Positions 20,877 to 30,889 of a DNA stretch of 64,000 bases are shown here, piece after piece; position 1 is the first letter of the stretch; each line of letters begins with the position of its first letter. The DNA lies in the IMG/VR virus record IMGVR_UViG_3300010883_000016. One strand, 5' to 3'. The notes below the pieces were generated by a model, which saw only the letters and a list, made by a program, of their open reading frames with translations, did not search any database and was not told the origin of the DNA. The DNA is from an uncultured virus (IMG/VR IMGVR_UViG_3300010883_000016) (lineage: Duplodnaviria > Heunggongvirae > Uroviricota > Caudoviricetes). Position numbers and translations under genes: made by a program.

Positions 20877-21224
20877 TTACTTCCAAAGTATTTGTATTAA
20901 TATAATAGCCAATGATAGCGCGAGGCATACTAGTGTTTTTGCGCTAAGTCCTTCTTTCATTAGTACGTATGTGATTAGTGTAAATATTATTGTAGACACG
21001 CCAAACCCTATCATTTTAACCGGCCATAGCTCTCCCGCCATTGATTCGACTCCGAACTTCCATGCGTAAAAAAATGAAAAACTTGTTGGTACAGAATATA
21101 TGAGTATTGTAGTAATTGGGTGTTCTTTCCACCATGTCCATAAAAATTGTGAATTTACTTGAAACCACGTTAGAATATTTGCTGTAATAAATAGTAATAT
21201 GGCAAATATTATTCTTTTATCCAT
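20877..21224 (-). CDS. Four-TM membrane protein (small DMT-like)
   Basis: Four hydrophobic helices in 115 aa. Confidence 0.6.
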   Translation of the reverse strand: MDKRIIFAILLFITANILTWFQVNSQFLWTWWKEHPITTILIYSVPTSFSFFYAWKFGVESMAGELWPVKMIGFGVSTIIFTLITYVLMKEGLSAKTLVCLALSLAIILIQILWK

Positions 21225-21292
21225 ATTAGTCTCTAATTATAATTCTATTATTTTTCAAGGGTAGAATGAATATAATATCAAAGGAGGTTATT

Positions 21293-21664
21293 GTGTTAAC
21301 TGAACTAATAAAATTAGCTGATAGTATGGATAGGGGTGGTGATTTTGATTCTGCAACTAAAATTGACAGTATTATTAACTCAATTAATAAGTCTAATTTA
21401 AAGAGCGATGAAATGTTGGGCTCAATTCTTTCGCTAGCAGATGAGTTAGATGCGAGTGGCCTTGATTCTTTTGCCGATAAAATTCAAAGCCTTTTGAAGA
21501 AAAGAGCCGATGATGATGATGAAGATGATGAAAAAGAATCGGATACGTTAAAGATGTCTATAAAAGAGTTGATTGAGAAGCTTGATGATGATGGGCTAAA
21601 CAACGCGGGCTTGGAGCTTGGCGATTGGAGCGTTCATCTTAATAAAAGAAAAGATGAAGATTGA
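21293..21664 (+). CDS. Protein built of tandem leader-like repeats
   Basis: AGGAGG plus GTG start; LIKLADSMDRGGDFDSATKIDSII and ILSLADELDASGLDSFADKIQSLLKKRA. Confidence 0.75.
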   Translation: MLTELIKLADSMDRGGDFDSATKIDSIINSINKSNLKSDEMLGSILSLADELDASGLDSFADKIQSLLKKRADDDDEDDEKESDTLKMSIKELIEKLDDDGLNNAGLELGDWSVHLNKRKDED

Positions 21665-21702
21665 TTTATAGATAATTGATGCATTATTTTGGATTTTAAA
21701 TA

Positions 21703-22998
21703 ATGAATTCTGTTGATAAAAAACTACTTGCGCTTGAGAGCTATCTTAAAGAAAACGGATATGGCTCCGAGTCTATTGGTGTGTCAAGAATAAGAAAAGA
21801 GTCTTTTGAAAAAGCCTCATCTGTTTCTGGTGGCAAGTGCTCTGATGCCGTAATGAAGGCAGAGATAAAGGAAAGATGCTTTGAGTGTGACAAGCTAAAG
21901 GAAACAGATAATTATAGACATATAATGGTTAAAGCAGAGAAAGATGATTATCCTGTAATTACAGAATATACGGTAGACCATGTTGGTAAATCACGCACGG
22001 CCACCGGCAGAACATTGGTAGGTCATCATGCAATGGTTGGCAAAACAGGCGTAATGAAGTGGAAGGAGGAGGCCTGCAAGAGGTTGAGCGGAGTTACATA
22101 TGAGCCGGGCGATATGATCACGGTAGGCTTGCCTGAGATCGGAAGAGTAGAGGTGCCGATTATTTCTGTTGACAATCCAAAGTCTGGCGAGTGCGTGGGA
22201 AAAGATTGTGATAAAACTCAAATAAAACTAACTATTAAAATACCAGATGTTGGCGCAGAAAAGCCAAATCCTTTGGCAGAGTATCAGGGGAAAACATTTG
22301 CTATATTTCGCACAAAACCATTAAGGTTCGAATACAAAGTTGTTGGATTTTTAGATGATGACTGTGCTTTCAGTGAATCGTTGTATGAAAATCTAACCGA
22401 TGAGCAGTTCATAAGAACATGCTTTAAATATAGCTCTGGAGTTCCGGACGAACAACACAATAGGCAGCCATTTGTGAGCGATGATGCCGCCCACGTATAT
22501 GGTGAATGGGCGGATAAAATTGCTGAAATAGAAGGCTCTGCTCGTGATAACCCGGGAAATAGCTGCGGATTTGGGAAGGGCTACACCCATGGGGCGATCT
22601 GCCCGGATATCGGCAGCGAGAAGTTTAATATTGATATAAAAAGCCCAAAGGATGGAACCACTTATAAATCTGGCTCTGGGGGGCTTACCGCCTCAGTCAA
22701 TATTACGATGGAAAATGGTGACATCCTACCCAAAGAGTATGTGGTAACATTATACTATCACGATCTTGGAAATCCATTTGATGTTCAAAGAACCCAGGCT
22801 TCTTCTGGTATGTTTTGTGGAAATCTTGGAAGGGTTGGCGACAAAGTGTTCTCCACAAGAATGTCTTTTGATAGACTAAATACTGGTAATGTGCCTGGAA
22901 AAAAACTTGGTGTTGATTATTGGATTGCAATAAGTTGCGGAAATGATATAATATTTAGATCAAATTCCGGTAAAATAACTGTTGAGACGGTTAAATAG
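21703..22998 (+). CDS. Leader-family protein (divergent leader), Cys-rich cargo
   Basis: KKLLALESYLKENGYGSESIGVSRIRK N-terminus. Confidence 0.7.
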   Translation: MNSVDKKLLALESYLKENGYGSESIGVSRIRKESFEKASSVSGGKCSDAVMKAEIKERCFECDKLKETDNYRHIMVKAEKDDYPVITEYTVDHVGKSRTATGRTLVGHHAMVGKTGVMKWKEEACKRLSGVTYEPGDMITVGLPEIGRVEVPIISVDNPKSGECVGKDCDKTQIKLTIKIPDVGAEKPNPLAEYQGKTFAIFRTKPLRFEYKVVGFLDDDCAFSESLYENLTDEQFIRTCFKYSSGVPDEQHNRQPFVSDDAAHVYGEWADKIAEIEGSARDNPGNSCGFGKGYTHGAICPDIGSEKFNIDIKSPKDGTTYKSGSGGLTASVNITMENGDILPKEYVVTLYYHDLGNPFDVQRTQASSGMFCGNLGRVGDKVFSTRMSFDRLNTGNVPGKKLGVDYWIAISCGNDIIFRSNSGKITVETVK

Positions 22999-23006
22999 GA
23001 GATGTA

Positions 23007-23351
23007 ATGAGACTTGATGTTATGAGAATAATTCTAGACAGGGCGAACATATTGGATGAAATTAATAATGCATCTGGGAGCACTTCGACATTTGTTCCCA
23101 CCGATGTTAGATTTCCTTCAAAAAAATCTAAGGAAGATATAATGACAATGGCTGTAAAATTAATATCGGACAACGCTGATCCAGCAGCAGTCCGCGCCAC
23201 CTTCACCGCTAAGTCTAACGGAGCTCGAATTCTTACAGATTCTTTCAAGAAGTCCGAAGACTCGTTTGACAAAACATGGTCATTTTCTGAAATGGAAGCT
23301 GCCTTCCCCGGCCAGCTATACTTTTTCGATCCCACTGCTGCTAGTGAGTAG
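23007..23351 (+). CDS. Hypothetical protein
   Basis: AGGAG RBS. Confidence 0.6.
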   Translation: MRLDVMRIILDRANILDEINNASGSTSTFVPTDVRFPSKKSKEDIMTMAVKLISDNADPAAVRATFTAKSNGARILTDSFKKSEDSFDKTWSFSEMEAAFPGQLYFFDPTAASE

Positions 23352-23406
23352 ACTTAAAAAGTTAATAAAAAATTAATAATTGATTTAATTAAACATATCT
23401 TGTAAT

Positions 23407-24141
23407 ATGTTTAATATTATGTATAAGATTTTTTTGTTATTTATATTTTTAATATCATGCTCCGGCGCAAAAGAGAGCGCCGTCCGGAGCGAAGACTCTG
23501 CGCTCCCATCAAATGGAATTGTGAGTGAAAACCCTCCTGGGGCAGATGATTGGGATAATGATTCGGCTGAGGATTCATCCGGTGATTCGTCAGACTCAGG
23601 GTCAGACGATACTAGTGGTCAAGACTCGGCAGATACTGGTCTTGGACCGGCTGAATCTTACGAAGATTGCTCTAATATTATAGACTGGCGTAATGAGCCG
23701 GACCCGCTGAGTCATCCGTGTAATTTTAGATTAAAAGATCAGAACGGAGATTACGTAGAGCTATACGATTTCCAAGGCGATGTTATCATGCTGGACTTCT
23801 CAACAATGTGGTGCTTTGTTTGTAAAGTTGTCGCAGGGCATGTTCAAGAGATGCATGATGACTTAGATCCATTTAGTGCAATAACTATTTTAACAGAAGA
23901 TTCTTCCGGAAACTATCCCGACACATCTAATCTTCAAGATTGGGCAAATGAATATGGCATAACAACTTCTCCAATTTTAGCCGGAGAAGATGGGCTGCTT
24001 GGTGCAGCAGAGGATGAATGGAATATGAATGGAATCCCCTCCTTTTTTGTTATTGATAAAGATTTTTATCTAAGGAAGATGCAGCCTGGCTGGAACGAAA
24101 CAACTATGACGGAGTACATCGAAAGCTTGATTCTAGAATAA
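23407..24141 (+). CDS. TlpA/redoxin-family lipoprotein, paralog of 4684..5268
   Basis: Lipobox LISC; Ser/Asp linker; DFSTMWCFVC. Confidence 0.8.
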   Translation: MFNIMYKIFLLFIFLISCSGAKESAVRSEDSALPSNGIVSENPPGADDWDNDSAEDSSGDSSDSGSDDTSGQDSADTGLGPAESYEDCSNIIDWRNEPDPLSHPCNFRLKDQNGDYVELYDFQGDVIMLDFSTMWCFVCKVVAGHVQEMHDDLDPFSAITILTEDSSGNYPDTSNLQDWANEYGITTSPILAGEDGLLGAAEDEWNMNGIPSFFVIDKDFYLRKMQPGWNETTMTEYIESLILE

Positions 24142-24165
24142 TATTTATTATTATTTGGACAACAG

Positions 24166-24525
24166 GTGGGGGCGCTTATGAAAGGAATTGTGGTTCGTGG
24201 AAATTTTATTCCAAAGTTATTAAGTATTGTGATTGATATTGCCGCCATAACGTTATGGCCGTTTATCTTTGTACGCTCTAGTCTGGCTAGCAATGAGCGC
24301 TTACTGCGCCATGAGCAAATACATATTAAACAATACAATGAACTGATTGTCATTGGGTTCTTGGCTATTTATATATGTGACTGGATAAGAGGGCTTATTA
24401 AATATAAAAACGCGCAGGATGCTTATTACATGATACGATTTGAGCAAGAAGCTAGAGGGTTTGAGGGCACATCTGGGTACTTGTCTGATCGTAAATGTTA
24501 TGCGTGGACTAAATATAAAATATAA
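24166..24525 (+). CDS. Hypothetical protein with HExxH
   Basis: AITLWPFIF, RHEQIH, FEQEA pattern. Confidence 0.6.
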   Translation: MGALMKGIVVRGNFIPKLLSIVIDIAAITLWPFIFVRSSLASNERLLRHEQIHIKQYNELIVIGFLAIYICDWIRGLIKYKNAQDAYYMIRFEQEARGFEGTSGYLSDRKCYAWTKYKI

Positions 24526-24530
24526 AGGCT

Positions 24531-24989
24531 TTATGCGGGTAAGGTTTTTTCCCCAAGACCTGTTCTAAAGATAAAATCGATAAATGGATATATTCCTGAA
24601 AAATTATATTTTGGATTAATATGGTGCATCTTGTGGTGCCTAAAAAACCTTGAGCTTTTATCATTATTGTGTATTGCATAATGTCTATATGAATATAGTA
24701 GAGCAAATGTTCCAATGCCTATGGCGAACCATATATTTATAAGAACTCCAATTAAAATAATTTTTATAAATATAGCAATTATCCACATAAATGGAACAAG
24801 TATATATTTATTTCTTTGCTCGTTGTATGCGTGTGCATGATGCATGGCATGTAATTTCTTTAAATTTTTAAGCAACGGCAGGTTGCCTAATTTTGTATGA
24901 AATATAAATCTATGGTTTAAATAAACCAATAACGCACCAAAGAAATGCCCTACAGTTATAAACATAATTATACCAATAGCATTAAGCAT
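24531..24989 (-). CDS. Fatty-acid hydroxylase/sterol desaturase family membrane protein
   Basis: His boxes HRFIFH, HAMHH, HYAIH, HKMHH. Confidence 0.85.
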   Translation of the reverse strand: MLNAIGIIMFITVGHFFGALLVYLNHRFIFHTKLGNLPLLKNLKKLHAMHHAHAYNEQRNKYILVPFMWIIAIFIKIILIGVLINIWFAIGIGTFALLYSYRHYAIHNNDKSSRFFRHHKMHHINPKYNFSGIYPFIDFIFRTGLGEKTLPA

Positions 24990-25102
24990 ATTAATTCTCC
25001 ATTATATATTTAGTTTTATACTTTTTTGTATTACTTAAAATAAGAATATTCTATTATTTTTCATAATTAAAATGAAACATTAGTAGTATGCTTGGAGCGA
25101 TA

Positions 25103-25729
25103 ATGATAAATGACATTGCAAAGCTTTCAAACAATCTTAAAAAACTAGGATTTGAGAGAGAGGCTTCGAGGGTGGGAATCTTAATATCTGCTATAGCAGT
25201 TAAAAATAATGATAATGAAAGATTAGCTAAGCAGATTTCATACTTTAAATACAAAGTATATGGCTCTCCGGCAAAAGAGTATATTGATAAAGGTGGCAAG
25301 AAGAGAGTCCGCAGGGCAACCTTGCCGCAGCCATTGGCAATTTTGGCACCACACCATAGGGGATGGTCCGAAGATCAAATGATGGTGTATCCACATTTAA
25401 AGGCAGAGGCCGTAGAGGTTCTTTTGGGTCAAAAGATTCAGATTAACTGGCAGAACCCTGTGCCTGAGGATGCTCAATATATGTACTTTAATTTAAGCAC
25501 TCCAGACGATGTGCCGATTTATAAAGATAAAGAGCTATCAGGGTTTGAGCAGCTTGCTGCAGAAATAACGGCAGAAAGATTCCCGGATTATTTTATTCAG
25601 TCTGAGTACCTAAACGACTCTTTCCCTGAGCTAAAGGATGTTGCTGAGCAAGCAAAGACTGATGTTGTATATTTTGAAGAGAAGGCTGAAGAGTATGAGG
25701 ATTCAATCGAGTATGAAGAAGACGAATGA
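25103..25729 (+). CDS. Leader-family protein
   Basis: MINDIAKLSNNLKKLGFEREASRVGILI. Confidence 0.7.
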   Translation: MINDIAKLSNNLKKLGFEREASRVGILISAIAVKNNDNERLAKQISYFKYKVYGSPAKEYIDKGGKKRVRRATLPQPLAILAPHHRGWSEDQMMVYPHLKAEAVEVLLGQKIQINWQNPVPEDAQYMYFNLSTPDDVPIYKDKELSGFEQLAAEITAERFPDYFIQSEYLNDSFPELKDVAEQAKTDVVYFEEKAEEYEDSIEYEEDE

Positions 25730-26832
25730 TTAGCAAACTTATAAATCTAGCAAGCGCTTTAGATGAGTTGGGCCTTAAGAAAGAAGCCGACCAAATAGAT
25801 GGTTTAATAAAAAATGCTTTTGCGCCCCTCGGCCCTATAGCTATTGAAAAACTTATATCGACCTCTCCAGTGTGGGGCCCTCCAGCCGTAGAGGCCGGCG
25901 TATCTGCGTGGGTATGGGTCGCTACAGCCTTGGGCATTGGTGCGGCTGCCGGTGGTGCTTATTACTACTCTCAGGAAGAGGCTGAGGCGGACCTAAGAAG
26001 GGTTGGGGACTTATACAACAGAGACGCGTACCAGCAGCGCCCTAGAGAATATGGTGCTGGTGCGGATATAGATGGAGATAGAGATACTGATACCGATGAC
26101 TACTCAGAATGGGTTATCTCCGCACCAACTGATAGTGCACAAGAGCAAACTGAAAATTTTAAACTCTGGTATGACGACAATAGGGGCCGGGTAAATAGGA
26201 CCCTCGAAAAGGAGAAGCTTTCAGAATCTGATTCGGTTGGTAGGCCAATTTACCTTCCGACAGTAGACGTGTCAGAGAGTGTTGAACCTATGAGCGAGTT
26301 GGAGCGAGAGTATAAGAAGGATGAAGAGGGCGTTGAGCCCTGTACGTATGTTTGTTGGGCAGAGAAAAAAGAAGGTAGCGCTGGCCACTACACCTACCAT
26401 CTATATGTGAGCCATGGGGCACGAGGAAAAAGGGGACTTTCCTTTGGCGAGTTAGAGATAATCTTGAATGAGGCAATTGTGTCTGGAAGTTACGATAGCA
26501 TTGCAGCAAAAACTGCGGTATACATGGTTACCCCTCCGGGAGGAGTTCACTCAACGGTGGATCCATGGTCGCTTAATGCATCATCATTTCTATATAGTGG
26601 AATGTACAAATGGGCTTGCGCCAGGTGCGAAGACCCTGAGGGAAATTTTGTGGTTAAAAACATATCCAACACAACAAAATCATGCCCTATAGAATATGCT
26701 TATAATAATGAATTTCTTGAAATATCAGAAAATGTTACGACAAATATATATCTCAGCACTTGCGACTCCTCTATGGAGGGGTTTGCGGGTCTTGGTACTT
26801 CAATTTTTGGGAAGTGTCCCCCTCTAAAATGA
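25726..26832 (+). CDS. Leader-family protein with hydrophobic segment and Cys-rich C-terminus
   Basis: MISKLINLASALDELGLKKEADQIDGLIKNA. Confidence 0.8.
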   Translation: MISKLINLASALDELGLKKEADQIDGLIKNAFAPLGPIAIEKLISTSPVWGPPAVEAGVSAWVWVATALGIGAAAGGAYYYSQEEAEADLRRVGDLYNRDAYQQRPREYGAGADIDGDRDTDTDDYSEWVISAPTDSAQEQTENFKLWYDDNRGRVNRTLEKEKLSESDSVGRPIYLPTVDVSESVEPMSELEREYKKDEEGVEPCTYVCWAEKKEGSAGHYTYHLYVSHGARGKRGLSFGELEIILNEAIVSGSYDSIAAKTAVYMVTPPGGVHSTVDPWSLNASSFLYSGMYKWACARCEDPEGNFVVKNISNTTKSCPIEYAYNNEFLEISENVTTNIYLSTCDSSMEGFAGLGTSIFGKCPPLK

Positions 26833-27446
26833 TTAATAATCTTATAAATCTTGCAAACGCTCTAGATGAGTCGGGTTTAAAGAAAGAGGCCGACCGCGTT
26901 GATGTTATAATTAAAAAAAGTAGCTGCGAAGAAAAGGACCGGGCGTGGAGATCGAAATGGGATGAGTGGCATGCTGCACATGAAGGTGCAAAAGCACGAC
27001 TTTGTGAAAAAGGTGGGGCTAACTTTGAAACAAAGATGTGTATAAAACGTATTAAAGAAGTTAACAAATTACACGATGAAGTTGAAAAGTTAAAGGGGGA
27101 GTACGAGGCGTGCCAGGAGTCGAGTCCGCTAGCAAATTCATCTTGCGCTCGGGAGATTGCAAATTATAATGCCATCCAAAAGCAGCATGATGACCTTATA
27201 ACAAGACATGAGAAATGCTTAGCGGATAATAAAGGAAAGTCTGCGTATTTTACCGCTTGCAAGCCAATCCAAAAAGAAATAGACGAAGTTAACCCAAGAT
27301 TATGTAACGCCCTGCTAAAGGCAAGAGCGGCTTGCGGATGTGTTCCAAAAAATGGCGGACAAAGATGCCATGGGCGATCAGATGGAGGCAGATTTGAGCT
27401 TCCTGGTGCGTGGAAAGAGTGCAGAGAGCAGAACGAGGGTGGCTGA
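26829..27446 (+). CDS. Leader-family protein, Cys-rich helical cargo
   Basis: MINNLINLANALDESGLKKEADRVDVIIKKS; ATGA overlap. Confidence 0.8.
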   Translation: MINNLINLANALDESGLKKEADRVDVIIKKSSCEEKDRAWRSKWDEWHAAHEGAKARLCEKGGANFETKMCIKRIKEVNKLHDEVEKLKGEYEACQESSPLANSSCAREIANYNAIQKQHDDLITRHEKCLADNKGKSAYFTACKPIQKEIDEVNPRLCNALLKARAACGCVPKNGGQRCHGRSDGGRFELPGAWKECREQNEGG

Positions 27447-27640
27447 TATATTAATTTATAGTATTTTTAATACATAAACTAGTATTATGTTATTATGCTT
27501 CCATATTTTAGAGCAAATAAGTTATTGGGCGTTGCGATTGGTGCCTCTTTGTCATTTTGCCTTATGGACTGTGGGCACAGAGGCCTACAGCTTGAGCTAA
27601 ATTTAATATGGTATTCTATACATATTGGGGTTGAAATACA

Positions 27641-28027
27641 ATGAGTTATTCAAAAAAAGTAATTGATCATTTTGAAAATCCAAGAAACATGGGGTCCTTG
27701 GATAAAGAAGATTTAAATGTAGGCACAGGAATTGTCGGTGCACCAGCCTGTGGCGATGTTATGAAGCTGCAGCTAAAAATAAATGATGATGGAGTAATAG
27801 AAGAGGCCACTTGGAAAACATTTGGTTGCGGTTCTGCAATTGCATCATCCTCTCTCGTAACTACGTGGGTAAAGGGTAAGACTATAGAGGAAGCTGAAGT
27901 TATCAAGAACTCTGAAATAGCACAAGAGCTATCCCTGCCGCCTGTCAAGATTCACTGTTCTGTATTGGCCGAAGATGCTATCAAAGCAGCAATTCAAGAC
28001 TACAGAGATAAGAATGACAAAAGATGA
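27641..28027 (+). CDS. iscU: Fe-S cluster scaffold IscU
   Basis: YSKKVIDHFENPRN, GAPACGD, GCGSAIAS, LPPVKIHC. Confidence 0.97.
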   Translation: MSYSKKVIDHFENPRNMGSLDKEDLNVGTGIVGAPACGDVMKLQLKINDDGVIEEATWKTFGCGSAIASSSLVTTWVKGKTIEEAEVIKNSEIAQELSLPPVKIHCSVLAEDAIKAAIQDYRDKNDKR

Positions 28028-28286
28028 CATACAGAAGATTGTGGATGAAGATATAAATCCCGGGCTGGCTATGCATGGAGGTTTTATCTCAATTCATGAT
28101 TTTAATGAAGAGCATAAGTATTTAAAATTAACGATGGGTGGAGGATGTCAGGGCTGTGCATCGTCAAAAGTATCGATGGTCTTTGCAGTTGAGAGGCACC
28201 TGAGGGAGGTCTTCCCAGAAATTGGTGAAATTGAAGATGTTACGGATCATCTTGCTGGCGAAAACCCTTATTATAGTCAGGAGTAA
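28014..28286 (+). CDS. NifU/NfuA-type Fe-S carrier domain
   Basis: INPGLAMHGG, GGGCQGC, DVTDH..GENPYY. Confidence 0.9.
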   Translation: MTKDDIQKIVDEDINPGLAMHGGFISIHDFNEEHKYLKLTMGGGCQGCASSKVSMVFAVERHLREVFPEIGEIEDVTDHLAGENPYYSQE

Positions 28287-28290
28287 TAAC

Positions 28291-28623
28291 GTGGCAATAA
28301 CCATGACAGATTTTGCAATAGAAAGGATCTCTGATATGTTGCGTAGAAATCAACTAAAAATTGACGAAGCTTATTTAAGAGTCGGTCTTCGCAGCGGCGG
28401 GTGTTCAGGCTACTCTTATTTGTTTGAGTTTGCCACTGAGCCTGCAGAGCATGATAAAGTATTTCAGTTTGATAATCTAAGAATTTGTATTGATAAAAAG
28501 TCTTATTTCTTTTTGAATGGAATGGAGATCGATTATGAAGAAACGCCTTTTAAATCAGGAATCAAGCTAAACAATCCGGCCGCAACTAGCACCTGTGGGT
28601 GTGGCGAATCGATTGCATTTTAA
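28291..28623 (+). CDS. iscA: A-type Fe-S carrier (IscA/HesB)
   Basis: GGCSGYSY and TCGCGES; AGGAG plus GTG start. Confidence 0.92.
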   Translation: MAITMTDFAIERISDMLRRNQLKIDEAYLRVGLRSGGCSGYSYLFEFATEPAEHDKVFQFDNLRICIDKKSYFFLNGMEIDYEETPFKSGIKLNNPAATSTCGCGESIAF

Positions 28624-28732
28624 GCTTGTATATAAATTACCGTCTAAACGCTTTATTATTGCGAATAATACCTTAAGTATCAATAGTTATAATTACTACT
28701 AATTTTTATAGCTTATTTGAGCGAGGCGCGTT

Positions 28733-29656
28733 ATGAGCAATAAACTTATTCAGCTAGCAGATTATCTTGATTCTTTGGGACTGCACAAAGAAGCCGACTA
28801 TATTGATTATATGGTTGTAAAAGGCTCAGAACAAGACGGTTGGGATCTCGACGAAGAGCTCGGGCCAAAATTAAAAGAAGAGACAGAAGAGGGGAGTTCC
28901 CGTGACTATAGATCGCAGCCAATTGCTGTAGGCGAGAGTAGCGGCGATGACCTCTACGATGAAGATGCAGAACTCGACAAGGAAAATAAAGAGTGGGCTT
29001 ATAACGAATGCATGCAGAGGGCTCTAAAGAAGGAGCTTGGGTCTTCTGGCCTTGAGCATCTGATTGGCGTAGGCTTTATGGATATTCCTGAGGAAGATAT
29101 TGAAGCGCACGGCAGGGCTGAAGATGCTGCAAGTGACGCATGTTCTCATATATATCGTAGCAATAAACATTGGGGTGAGTGGGGAGCTTCAGACTCAGAA
29201 CCACAACGAGGCGATGGCAAGGTTGAAGTAGACCCCGGAGAGATGCATGATCTTGCAGATTTAATGGAAGAAAAAGGCCCTAGCTTCTTCAAAGACCTCG
29301 GGAACACCTTGTCATGGAAGCTTAGAAGTATAATGCCCAAGCCAATAAGAGGTCTGCTGCAAGGTATGGGCCCCGGCGATCCTTTAAAAGATGATCGTGA
29401 TGAGTTAGAAGAAGCTATTGCAAGATATGTAAATAAGAATTATGAAAATAAAGGAACGGTAGAGTCTATAGAGTGGGGCTGGCAAGAGAGCGCCGATACA
29501 TATTCATATGCGGTTATGGTCAGAAGACCTTATCCTGGAGAAGAAGACTACATGGAAGATTGGGTTATGTGGATAGGCCCACTTGATGAGGATATATACT
29601 ATGGAACAAGTGAGAGAATTGAAGGCACCAACTATCATATTGCAGGGGAATGGTAG
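28733..29656 (+). CDS. Leader-family protein, acidic cargo
   Basis: MSNKLIQLADYLDSLGLHKEADYIDYMVVKG. Confidence 0.8.
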   Translation: MSNKLIQLADYLDSLGLHKEADYIDYMVVKGSEQDGWDLDEELGPKLKEETEEGSSRDYRSQPIAVGESSGDDLYDEDAELDKENKEWAYNECMQRALKKELGSSGLEHLIGVGFMDIPEEDIEAHGRAEDAASDACSHIYRSNKHWGEWGASDSEPQRGDGKVEVDPGEMHDLADLMEEKGPSFFKDLGNTLSWKLRSIMPKPIRGLLQGMGPGDPLKDDRDELEEAIARYVNKNYENKGTVESIEWGWQESADTYSYAVMVRRPYPGEEDYMEDWVMWIGPLDEDIYYGTSERIEGTNYHIAGEW

Positions 29657-29949
29657 TGATTAATAAACTAGTAAAATTTGCAAATCACCTAGACGCCATG
29701 GGGCTATCAAAAGAGGCCGATTATCTTGACCACTTGATGAGCCATAGCGATGAGCCATTGAAAGGTGACTCGATTGAAAATATCAATCCTGGGTGCACAC
29801 ACTTTGGCAGTGAGGGCGTAGTAAAGGATGTTACGGACCTTCCAGACGACCAGGGCGTTGTTGCCGTATATGTAGTTACAAATGATGGCGATACATATTC
29901 AAAGGGCGATATTTTAGAAAAAACAGTTGATCAGCTAAAGGTTGTATAG
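29650..29949 (+). CDS. Leader-family protein with small SH3-like cargo
   Basis: INKLVKFANHLDAMGLSKEADYLDHLM; GDSIENINPGCTHFGSEGVV. Confidence 0.75.
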   Translation: MVVINKLVKFANHLDAMGLSKEADYLDHLMSHSDEPLKGDSIENINPGCTHFGSEGVVKDVTDLPDDQGVVAVYVVTNDGDTYSKGDILEKTVDQLKVV

Positions 29950-29956
29950 GCTTCTT

Positions 29957-30889
29957 ATGGACCTCTTGTCAGATCTTTATAATGAATTATTAAGGCTCGG
30001 TTGGCGCAGCCAAGCGCTTGAGGTTTCTAGCTTGATTAAAAAGTATGCAGACGATGGTAGCGCTGCCGATGGTGGCGCTGCCGATGGTAGCGCTCTTACT
30101 GACGAACAGCTAAAGCGTTGGGACTGCGACAAGGCATCACGGCGCAAGAACTCACGACAAATGGCTATGGCCAAAGGGTATAAAGAGAAGGGATACAGCA
30201 TGTACCCTTGCGATTGGCTCAATAGACTTGAGGCAAAAAAGCCAGAAAATTTTGTAAAATTAAAAGGCAATAATGTTTACAAGTCAAATCAAATATCTAT
30301 TCACGAACTAGAGTGGATCCTAGATCCATCAAGAGGCTATGGTATAACAAAAATTTTAAGGTTTAGTGATAACGACCCTGGTGGTGATGGTAAGTATGAT
30401 ACACCATGGGGAAAGTTAACTACAGAACTTGAGGGAGCTTTTGCAAAAAGCAGGGGTGTTGAGTTTGAATTTATAAATGTTCATGATGGTGGCGAGATAG
30501 ATCGAAGCTGCGGATACACAACAACGTTAGCTAAAATTCTTCCTATTTTAAAAGAAGGAAATGTTCTTGTGCATTGTAGAGCCGGAAGAGATAGGACTGG
30601 CATGGTTGTTGGCGCACACTTGGTCCATAATATGAATATGAGCCCGGCAGACGCATGGGCTATCGTCAAAACGTTTGATTCTCGGGCTGATTATTGGCGA
30701 AACATGGTGTGCAAAAATTCCGGCCAAACTGCGTACTTAGCAGCATTTTATCCAATAGACGAATGGTGCGACAACGAACTTACAGAGCGTCAGCGAAAAA
30801 ATTGCAATGCTTGCAAAAATAAAGAATACTTGAAAAGAAGAACCACATCTGAGTGCTCTGAAAGAATAGAGGGACATTCGAATGAGTAA
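29957..30889 (+). CDS. Leader-family protein with PTP/DSP-type phosphatase domain
   Basis: LSDLYNELLRLGWRSQALEVSSLIKKYA; VLVHCRAGRDRTG (HCx5R). Confidence 0.85.
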   Translation: MDLLSDLYNELLRLGWRSQALEVSSLIKKYADDGSAADGGAADGSALTDEQLKRWDCDKASRRKNSRQMAMAKGYKEKGYSMYPCDWLNRLEAKKPENFVKLKGNNVYKSNQISIHELEWILDPSRGYGITKILRFSDNDPGGDGKYDTPWGKLTTELEGAFAKSRGVEFEFINVHDGGEIDRSCGYTTTLAKILPILKEGNVLVHCRAGRDRTGMVVGAHLVHNMNMSPADAWAIVKTFDSRADYWRNMVCKNSGQTAYLAAFYPIDEWCDNELTERQRKNCNACKNKEYLKRRTTSECSERIEGHSNE

